This document shows positions 56,001-63,142 of a stretch of 64,000 nt of DNA, one piece after another; position 1 is the stretch's first letter, and each line of letters starts with the position of its first letter. The DNA comes from Azolla caroliniana. Lineage: Eukaryota; Plantae; Polypodiophyta. The DNA lies in the NCBI GenBank assembly GCA_043228905.1, contig JBHGNT010000060.1:62001-126000 (forward strand), in the 5' to 3' direction. Below the pieces are notes generated by a model. That model did not search any database and was not told the DNA's origin. It saw nothing but the letters and a program-made list of their open reading frames with translations. The position numbers and the translations under genes were made by a program.

Positions 56001-58189
56001 TCAATTAAAATATTCATACCTGGCTCGTGTCATATCGGATTTTTGTGTTCAAACATTCGTATCGAATCTAAGAACGCTAGCTATGCTATAGAATTAAAAA
56101 ATCCAGATTTTGAAACTTAGGTCGAGAGACATGAAGAAATTAGCACATTTGAGGAGGGACTTGAGAAGAGCCCATGAGTCAATTAAAATGTTCATACCTG
56201 GCTCGTGTGATATCGGATTTTTGTGTTCAAACATGCGTATCGAAGCTAACAACGCTAGCTATGCAATAGCATAAAAAAATCAAGATTTTGAAACTCAGGT
56301 CGAGAGACATAAAGAAATTAGCACATTTGAGGAGGTAGTGGAGAACAGCCCGTTAGGAAATAAAAAAGTTCATACCTGGCTCGTGTGATATCGGATTTTT
56401 GTGTTCAAACATTCGTATAGAATCTAAGAACGCTAGCTATGCTATAGAATTAAAAAATCCAGATTTTGAAACTCAGGTCGAGAGACATGAAGAAATTAGC
56501 ACATTTGAGGAGGGACTTGAGAAGAGCCCATGAGTCAATTAAAATGTTCATACCTGGCTCGTGTGATATCGGATTTTTGTGTTCAAACATGCGTATCGAA
56601 GCTAACAACGCTAGCTATGCTATAGAATAAAAAAATCAAGATTTTGAAACTCAGGTCGAGAGACATGAAGAAATTAGCAAATTAGAGGAGGGACTTGAAA
56701 AGAGGCCGTGAGTCAATTAAAATGTTCATACCAGGCTCGTGTGATATCGGATTTTTGTGTTCAAACATGCGTATCGAAGCTAACAACGCTAGTTATGCTA
56801 TAGAATTAAAAAATGAAGATTTTGAAACTCAGGTCGAGAGACATGAAGAAATTAGCACATTTGAGGAGGTAGTGGAGAACAGCCCGTGAGTCAATTAAAA
56901 TGTTCATACCTGGCTCGTGTGATATCGGATTTTTGTGTTCAAACATGCGTATCGAAGCTAACAACGCTACCTATGATATGGAATAAAAAAATCAAGATTT
57001 TGAAACTCAGGTCAAGAGACATGAAGAAATTTAGGACATTTGAGGAGGTAGTGGAGAACAGCCCGTGAGTCAATTAAAATGTTCATACCTGGCTCGCGTG
57101 ATATCGGATTTTTGTGTTCAAACATGCGTATCGAAGCTAACAACGCTAGCTATGCTATAGAATAAAAAAATCAAGATTTTGAAACTCAGGTCGAGAGACA
57201 TGAAGAAATTAGCAAATTAGAGGAGGGACTTGAAAAGAGGCCGTGAGTCAATTAAAATGTTCATACCAGGCTCGTGTGATATCGGATTTTTGTGTTCAAA
57301 CATGCGTATCGAAGCTACCAACGCTAGTTATGCTATAGAATTAAAAAATGAAGATTTTGAAACTCAGGTCGAGAGACATGAAGAAATTAGCAGATTTGAG
57401 GAGGGACTTGAGAAGAGCCCATGAGTCAATTAAAATATTCATACCTGGCTCGTGTCATATCGGATTTTTGTGTTCAAACATTCGTATCGAATCTAAGAAC
57501 GCTAGCTATGCTATAGAATTAAAAAATCCAGATTTTGAAACTCAGGTCGAGAGACATGAAGAAATTAGCACATTTGAGGAGGGACTTGAGAAGAGCCCAT
57601 GAGTCAATTAAAATGTTCATACCTGGCTCGTGTGATATCGGATTTTTGTGTTCAAACATGCGTATCGAAGCTAACAACGCTAGCTATGCTATAGAATAAA
57701 AAAATCAAGATTTTGAAACTCAGGTCGAAAGACATAAAGAAATTAATACCTGGCTCGTGTGATATCGGATGTTTGTGTTCAAACATGCGTATCGAAGCTA
57801 ACAACGCTAGCTATGCTATAGAATTAAAAAATCAAGATTTTGAAACTCAGGTCGAGAGACATGAAGAAATTAGCACATTTGAGGAGGGACTTGAGAAGAG
57901 CCCATGAGTCAATTAAAATGTTCATACCTGGCTCGTGTGATATCGGATTTTTGTGTTCAAACATGCGTATCGAAGCTAACAACGCTAGCTATGTTATAGA
58001 ATAAAAAAATCAAGATTTTGAAACTCAGGTCGAGAGACATAAAGAAATTAGCACATTTGAGGAGGTAGTGGAGAACAGCCCGTTAGGAAATAAAAAAGTT
58101 CATACCTGGCTCGTGTGATATCGGATTTTTGTGTTCAAACATGCGTATCGAATCTAAGAACGCTAGCTATTGTCAGGAACTCTATTAAG

Positions 58190-58270
58190 GCAGAGAAGGA
58201 ATTAGTACTAAAAGAAGGATTAGTACTATTGTTGGGGAATAGTACTAAGACAGAGAAGGATTAGTACTAT
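58190..58270. repeat. Short degenerate tandem repeat near the LTR end, four TAGTACTA palindromes
   Basis: TAGTACTA at 58203, 58221, 58240 and 58262, mostly preceded by gaagga(a)t. Confidence 0.85.
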
Positions 58271-58299
58271 GAGAGGTGTCGAACTTTGAGAGAAGGAAT

Positions 58300-58303
<4 letters not shown>

Positions 58304-58339
<36 letters not shown>
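58304..58339 (+). repeat. (GA)18 microsatellite within the LTR, (TC)18 on the element strand
   Basis: Pure GA run at 58304-58339. Confidence 0.95.
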
Positions 58340-58343
<4 letters not shown>

Positions 58344-58450
58344 TGATGCGAAAGATATATGTATTATATGACGGAAGATATACAACAGTAGTTAGAAGGC
58401 TTAAGACTGGCGTTGAACCGATTTGGTTCGAACTAATGCCTTGCGCCTCC

Positions 58451-58457
58451 TTTTATA
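58451..58457 (-). promoter_or_regulatory. LTR TATA box
   Basis: Minus strand CTATAAAAGGAGG, about 180 bp into the LTR, in the element's sense orientation. Confidence 0.65.
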
Positions 58458-58461
58458 GTGT

Positions 58462-58511
58462 CTTCAGGAATACTCCTGAAGTTTCTAGAATGTTCCAGAG
58501 AAATCTGGAAT
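58462..58511. promoter_or_regulatory. Heat-shock element array (ten alternating nGAAn/nTTCn units) in LTR U3
   Basis: cTTCa gGAAt aCTCc tGAAg tTTCt aGAAt gTTCc aGAGa aATCt gGAAt: 7 perfect and 3 single-mismatch pentamers in exact 5-bp register, directly upstream of the TATA box. Confidence 0.8.
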
Positions 58512-58625
58512 ATACATCAATTTCCCAATAAAACCTAAATGAAAATAATATCCTTCAAATTACAATTCATACCCTAATGGTAAAGTCTCGACCCGTGTAA
58601 CAAAAGGTTATGGGTTCGAGTCTAG

Positions 58626-61600
58626 TTATGACACTATCCCCCCTTTAAAACGACGAGTTTCACGAGTCGTTTTGGATTGAGGACCCGGTTTCTCGGGATA
58701 TCGTCGATGGAAGTCTTCTAGAAGAGCACGAGCATTGGTCACATTCTCGATCGGTTCCCAAGTACGCTCGCTGGGACTATATCCTAGCCAATCGACTAGA
58801 TAGTAGAGCTTGTTGCGAACAATCTTGGAATCGAGGATGGCAGCGACCTCATACTCAGGTCCATCTTCGAGCTCGATAGGAGGTGGAGGCTGTATAGTAC
58901 GTCCTGGGATAGTGCTCTCGTGATAGGGTTCGAGGAGAGAACTATGAAACACCGGGTGTATCCGAAGTTGCGGAGGTAGCTCGAGACGAAAAGCGACATC
59001 ATTAATCTTCCCGATAATACGGAAAGGACCTAATCGCCGATAATCCAACTTCTCACATGGGCGAGTAGTCTTGATGTGTCGTCGTAGCAGCCACACCCGA
59101 TCTCCAATGTTAAAACTGGATGGAAGTCGATGACGATCTGCGTAGTCCTTGTGTGATTGTTGAGCTTGCTGGAGTTGAGTAGATAAATCCGCTTGTATCT
59201 TGCGTAACCGCTCCAAACGATCCTCCGCGCAAGGATTTGTGGACACTTCTGGGGTTTCAAGGACACACCACCGGGGATGATATCCCGTATAAGCGTAGAA
59301 TGGCGTGACTTTAGTCGATGCGTGGATAGCGTTATTATAGGCAAATTCGGCGAACTGAAGAATATCTGCCCAGTAATTCTGATGATAGTTGAGAAAGCAC
59401 CGCAGATACTGCTCCAGTGTTTGATTTGTTCGTTCGGCTTGACCGTCGGTTTGTGGGTGGTAGCCGGAGGAGAGGTTACAAGTGACCTTCAGCATTTTAA
59501 AAAGGTGCTTCCAGAATTTTGACACAAACTGGGGTCCACGATCGCTGATGATATTATCAGGGAGTCCATGATGCCGACATACTTCCCGCATGACAATTTC
59601 GGCGGTGTCTTCACTAGATATTTCTTTAGTACATGGTAAGAAATGAGCCATCTTCGTATATCGATCCACCACTGTGAGAATCGCACTGAATCCCTTAGAG
59701 ACTGGAAGATCTGTAATGAAGTCAAGAGCAATGGATTGCCATGGCTTGCTTGGAATTGGTAATGGTTCTAATAAACCATATGGATGATGTCTTGGCATTT
59801 TCGCTCTGCAGCATGTATCGCAAGTCCGAACAAAATCTTCGACAAATTGTCGCATACGGGGCCACCAGAATGATCGTTGTACTAAATCTAATGTTTTAGT
59901 ACTACCAAAATGTCCTGCTGTATATGTGTCATGGCAGTTTTGTACTACTCGAAGGCGGCAAGAACCATTAGGAACATACAAAAGTTTTTTAAAGAAGAGT
60001 AATCCATCACAGTATTTGAATTGCCGATAATCCGTACCTGGTGATTGTGATTGTGAACATGACACTCGAGAGGGGTCAATTTGTGCTAGTATAGCTTGGG
60101 CGAAATCGTCAGTCTTCAAGTCCTCACGTATAGTATTGGTAATGTCGGAATCCACGGGCATGTCAAAGACCTGTGCTGCTTGCAGTCGTGCTGGACCCAA
60201 GATTACTTGCTTCTGGTTATCGAAAGCTGGCTCACCGGGACGTGGTGTTAGATACGAACGCCGTGATAATGCATCTGCCTTCCCTTGGTGCTTCCCCGGA
60301 CGATATGTAATTTTGAAGTCGAAGCGTGTGAGGAAGTGGGCCCACCGAGCTTGACGTCGATTCAGTACACGAGCATCTTGAAAGTAGGCAAGGTTCTTGT
60401 GGTCACTGAATACAGTGACCTGATGAGGAGATCCCTCCAGGAAATGCCTCCATTGCATAAAAGAATCAACTATTGCTAATAGCTCTTTATCATGAATTTC
60501 GTAGTTGATTTCGGCGGCGTCAAACTTACGGGAGTGGAAAGCCACAGGATGTAGCTTCTCGTCGTTACCCTGTTGTGACAGAATGCTCCCCAATGCGAAA
60601 TCCGATGCATCAGCTTCGATAATGAATGGTTTTTCCGGATCCACATGACCTAAAATTGGAGCTGATGTAAACGCCTTCTTAAGACTCTCGAAAGCCATGT
60701 CCGTCTCTTTAGACCAAATGAATGATTGTCCCTTCCTGGTGAGCTGTGTGAGAGGCAGCACAATTTTTGAGTAATTTTGTATGAACTTCCGGTAGAAATT
60801 TGCAAAGCTTAGGAAGCATTGCACATCCCGCACCGAACGCGGAGTGTGCCATTCTATCACCGTTTTGACCTTGGCTGGGTCCATAGATATGCCTTCTGAG
60901 GAGATGACATAGCCGAGAAACTCCACTTGGTTGCACCCGAAACTACATTTCTCTAACTTTGCATACAGACCATGTTCTCGAAGTCGTTTTAGTACTAATA
61001 GTACATGAGAATCATGTTCTTCTTGGGTCTTTGAATAAACCAGTAGATCATCCAAATAGATGATCAAAAAATCATCCAAGAGATCTCGAAATATATCATT
61101 CGCCATGTGCTGGAAGACTGCCGGCGCATTAGTGAGTCCGAACGGCATGACCGTATACTCGAAGTGCCCATATCTGGTGCGAAACGCGGTCTTCCATTCA
61201 TCTCCTGGTCGGATCCGTACGAGGTTATAGGCTCCTCGTAAGTCTATCTTCGTGAAGAACCTGGCACCGTTGATCCGTTCTAAAAGACTTGAGATAAGGG
61301 GAAGAGCATACCTATTTCTTACTGTGACCTTATTCAAGCCACGGTAATCTACAACGAGTCGAAGCGAGCCATCTTTTTTCTTGACGAAGAAAATGGGTGC
61401 GCCGGCTGGAGATTTCGAATGCCGAATGAAACCGTTCTCCAAATTCTCCTCTATATAGGCTCGAAGGACTTCTAGCTCGGTTGGTGACAAATTGTAGATC
61501 GGCCCCCATGGCGGCTCTTTTCCCGGTTGTAAGTCGATGGCGCAGTCGTACGGCCGATGATGAGGAAGTGTGTTGGCTTGTACTTTATCGAACACATCAG

Positions 61601-62183
61601 CATACTGACGATACTTCTCGGGAAGTTGAACGGTGGACTCCTCTTTGGTGGTGCTGGAGGGTTGTACTGATATTGCAAAGAGAAACATTTCCTCCTTGCG
61701 CCCTTCCTCACGCAACTGACGTAGCGAAATGGTTGCAACCTTCTGGGTAGATCCTTGGGTTTGTCGCAACCGGATTTCCCTTGTCCTCCAATCTATGTCT
61801 GGGTCATGTAACTCGAACCATGGTAATCCTAAAACTATGGGATGTTCTGGAATACTAATAATATTAAATGATACTACACATGTTAAGTTATCTAGGACAA
61901 TATTAACGGGTTCCGACTCTTCTATGATATTACCAGAAGCAATGGGACGACCATCAATGACTACTACTGAGGCTGGACATGGGAGCTTTCTGAGAGATAT
62001 CTGATGAGCTCGGGCAAAATTCCTATCCATGAAGCAAGAATTAGCTCCGGAATCTAGAAGGGCTAAGGTATGTACTGGAGGGGTACTTTTAGTACTAACT
62101 GCTACTTGGGCTACGAACACATCACTAACTTGCTTAGAGGGAATGGAACCACTAATGGGCTGCACAGATCTAGGGCTGTCCAA
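58626..62183 (-). CDS. pol: Pol polyprotein: aspartic protease, reverse transcriptase, RNase H, integrase, chromodomain
   Basis: Motifs: LLDSGA (protease), KIDLRGAY/MPFGL/YLDD (RT), EADASD/ELLAI/SDHKNL (RNase H), H..H..CDTC (integrase zinc finger), LDF/SDRGPQF/AERTN (DDE), GPF, then chromodomain. The track start is a TTG; the frame is open to 62237, overlapping gag in the -1 frame. The ORF runs through the PPT and stops 8 nt inside the LTR. Confidence 0.96.
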   Translation of the reverse strand: MDSPRSVQPISGSIPSKQVSDVFVAQVAVSTKSTPPVHTLALLDSGANSCFMDRNFARAHQISLRKLPCPASVVVIDGRPIASGNIIEESEPVNIVLDNLTCVVSFNIISIPEHPIVLGLPWFELHDPDIDWRTREIRLRQTQGSTQKVATISLRQLREEGRKEEMFLFAISVQPSSTTKEESTVQLPEKYRQYADVFDKVQANTLPHHRPYDCAIDLQPGKEPPWGPIYNLSPTELEVLRAYIEENLENGFIRHSKSPAGAPIFFVKKKDGSLRLVVDYRGLNKVTVRNRYALPLISSLLERINGARFFTKIDLRGAYNLVRIRPGDEWKTAFRTRYGHFEYTVMPFGLTNAPAVFQHMANDIFRDLLDDFLIIYLDDLLVYSKTQEEHDSHVLLVLKRLREHGLYAKLEKCSFGCNQVEFLGYVISSEGISMDPAKVKTVIEWHTPRSVRDVQCFLSFANFYRKFIQNYSKIVLPLTQLTRKGQSFIWSKETDMAFESLKKAFTSAPILGHVDPEKPFIIEADASDFALGSILSQQGNDEKLHPVAFHSRKFDAAEINYEIHDKELLAIVDSFMQWRHFLEGSPHQVTVFSDHKNLAYFQDARVLNRRQARWAHFLTRFDFKITYRPGKHQGKADALSRRSYLTPRPGEPAFDNQKQVILGPARLQAAQVFDMPVDSDITNTIREDLKTDDFAQAILAQIDPSRVSCSQSQSPGTDYRQFKYCDGLLFFKKLLYVPNGSCRLRVVQNCHDTYTAGHFGSTKTLDLVQRSFWWPRMRQFVEDFVRTCDTCCRAKMPRHHPYGLLEPLPIPSKPWQSIALDFITDLPVSKGFSAILTVVDRYTKMAHFLPCTKEISSEDTAEIVMREVCRHHGLPDNIISDRGPQFVSKFWKHLFKMLKVTCNLSSGYHPQTDGQAERTNQTLEQYLRCFLNYHQNYWADILQFAEFAYNNAIHASTKVTPFYAYTGYHPRWCVLETPEVSTNPCAEDRLERLRKIQADLSTQLQQAQQSHKDYADRHRLPSSFNIGDRVWLLRRHIKTTRPCEKLDYRRLGPFRIIGKINDVAFRLELPPQLRIHPVFHSSLLEPYHESTIPGRTIQPPPPIELEDGPEYEVAAILDSKIVRNKLYYLVDWLGYSPSERTWEPIENVTNARALLEDFHRRYPEKPGPQSKTTRETRRFKGGIVS
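58634..58646 (-). other. Polypurine tract (plus-strand primer)
   Basis: Minus strand reads AAAGGGGGGATAG immediately followed by the LTR start TGTCA. Confidence 0.9.
58698..58856 (-). other. Integrase C-terminal chromodomain (classical, group I-like)
   Basis: EYEVAAILDSKIVRNKLYYLVDWLGYSPSERTWEPIENV, with the aromatic-cage positions Y, W and Y retained. Confidence 0.88.
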
Positions 62184-62222
62184 CCAAACGGCTCCTATTT
62201 TGGCTGGACTTAGTCGTTTAAC
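62171..62222 (-). promoter_or_regulatory. Putative -1 programmed ribosomal frameshift signal (gag-pol)
   Basis: G_TTA_AAC at 62222-62216 in the gag frame, a 6-nt spacer, then the stem GTCCAGCCAAA/TTTGGTTGGAC (11 bp, one G:U). pol is in the -1 frame. Confidence 0.8.
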
Positions 62223-63142
62223 TCTTCTTCTAATTGGCTAAGGACATCAAATTTGTTTGCGAGATTCAGACTATTAGTACTGTTAGGACTATTATGACTA
62301 TGAGGATTATCAGAGATTCCTACTGAAATAGACTCGGGTTTAGTATAGTCAGAACTAACAATGACTTGGTTTACCTGCCTTCTTGGTCTATGGGGACAGT
62401 TTATCGCGATATGCCCTGGTCCACCGCAATAAAGGCATAATCGGTTTGTTCGGCGTCGTTGCTTTTCCTCCTCCGATAGCGGCCCACGACGACGTGTAGT
62501 GTCAATTTCCATTGGAGTTGGAGTACTTACTGGAGGCGCATTATGTGACTCCCTTTGAAAAGGTTTCGCTACCACTGAGGCATAGGTAGGCTCGGATCTT
62601 GCCCTCGGCATCTGAAATTGTCGTTCCGAACGTCGCTCGAAGAGGCGGTTGTCACATCTGACCGCTCGACTGATTGCTTCTGTTAATGATTTTGGCTCTT
62701 CAGGGAAAGTCAAGAGTAAATCCTTGACATCGTTGCGTAGACCATAGCGGAACTGCTCCATCAATGCTTGATCATCCCAGGGGATATCGGCGGCGAGTAG
62801 GCGGAAATCTGCAGCATATGCGGAGGCTGGACGGTCACCTTGGCGTAATCGCCGGATTTTGTTGATTGCAGTCCTTATGCTGTCAGTATCTCCAAAACAT
62901 GCTTTAAACTCACTTATGAATTCTTCAAAATTATTTAGTACTGGAGATTCCTTTTCTAGCAGCGGAGCGAACCATGCTAATGCTGAGCCATTTAACAACG
63001 TGCCTACTAAACCCACTCGTGATGCATCGGTGGGATATCGGGACGGATGCATTTGAATAACTAACCGTACCTGGTTAAGAAACCCTCTAAACTGCGATCG
63101 CGTTCCATCGAACTTCGTGGGAAGGCCAATCTTGGGTTCTTT
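62210..63142 (-). pseudogene. gag: Gag (capsid plus CCHC nucleocapsid), 5'-truncated and joined to satellite
   Basis: KEPKIGLPTKFDG..., LRQG motif, QFRYGL, PMEID and zinc knuckle CLYCGGPGHIAINC. The first 11 residues of track ORF 62210..63175 (MTSWALLKSLL) are satellite-derived and start at a TTG. Confidence 0.9.

Larger units (their letters stand above)
1..58170 (+). repeat. 178-bp tandem satellite array (putative centromeric satellite), about 327 monomers
   Basis: Continuous head-to-tail repeat, consensus tgagtcaattaaaatgttcatacctggctcgtgtgatatcggatttttgtgttcaaacatgcgtatcgaagctaacaacgctagctatgctatagaattaaaaaatccagattttgaaactcaggtcgagagacatgaagaaattagcacatttgaggagggacttgagaagagccca (178 bp). 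The phase from 101 to 57600 is 323x178+5, matching the five 179-bp variants seen. The centromeric role is inferred from nucleosome-sized monomers, homogeneity and higher-order repeats. Confidence 0.97.
58171..58633 (-). repeat. 3' long terminal repeat, 463 bp
   Basis: Begins TGTCAGGAAC at the abrupt satellite junction and ends GTTATGACA (5-bp terminal inverted repeat, TG..CA). It sits directly after the PPT on the minus strand. There is no partner LTR in the window for confirmation. Confidence 0.9.
58171..63142 (-). mobile_element. Ty3/gypsy chromovirus-type LTR retrotransposon, 5'-truncated (lacks 5' LTR, PBS and gag start)
   Basis: gag then pol in PR-RT-RH-IN order with a C-terminal chromodomain, a PPT and one LTR bounded by TGTCA...TGACA. 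Satellite flanks both sides. Confidence 0.96.

Noticed and set aside
100-57907. Large number of 60-119 aa ORFs (MKRGRES..., MKLRSRD..., MLASIRM...)
   Set aside because: They are translations of the satellite monomer. 178 is not a multiple of 3, so frames shift each copy; many start at TTG; stops come and go with single variants; there is no domain signature.
1-58170. CRISPR-like repeat/spacer array
   Set aside because: There are no unique spacers. The variable parts are a few recurring alleles of one sequence, there are no cas genes, and the context is eukaryotic.
58166-58170. Target-site duplication gctat
   Set aside because: Only one element end survives, and gctatgctat is already tandem in the satellite consensus, so a TSD cannot be shown.
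58286-58531. 81-aa ORF with ERERER run
   Set aside because: Translation of the (GA)18 microsatellite within the LTR.
58528-58578. Telo-box-like aaaacctaa / accctaa in the LTR
   Set aside because: Neither matches AAACCCTAA exactly; likely chance in AT-rich DNA.
58587-58620. Imperfect hairpin near the LTR start (ctcgacccg..taac / gtta..gggttcgag)
   Set aside because: It needs several bulges, and there is no second copy to test conservation.
58796-63056. Small antisense and alternate-frame ORFs overlapping gag and pol
   Set aside because: Shadow ORFs of the retrotransposon coding sequence with no recognisable motifs.
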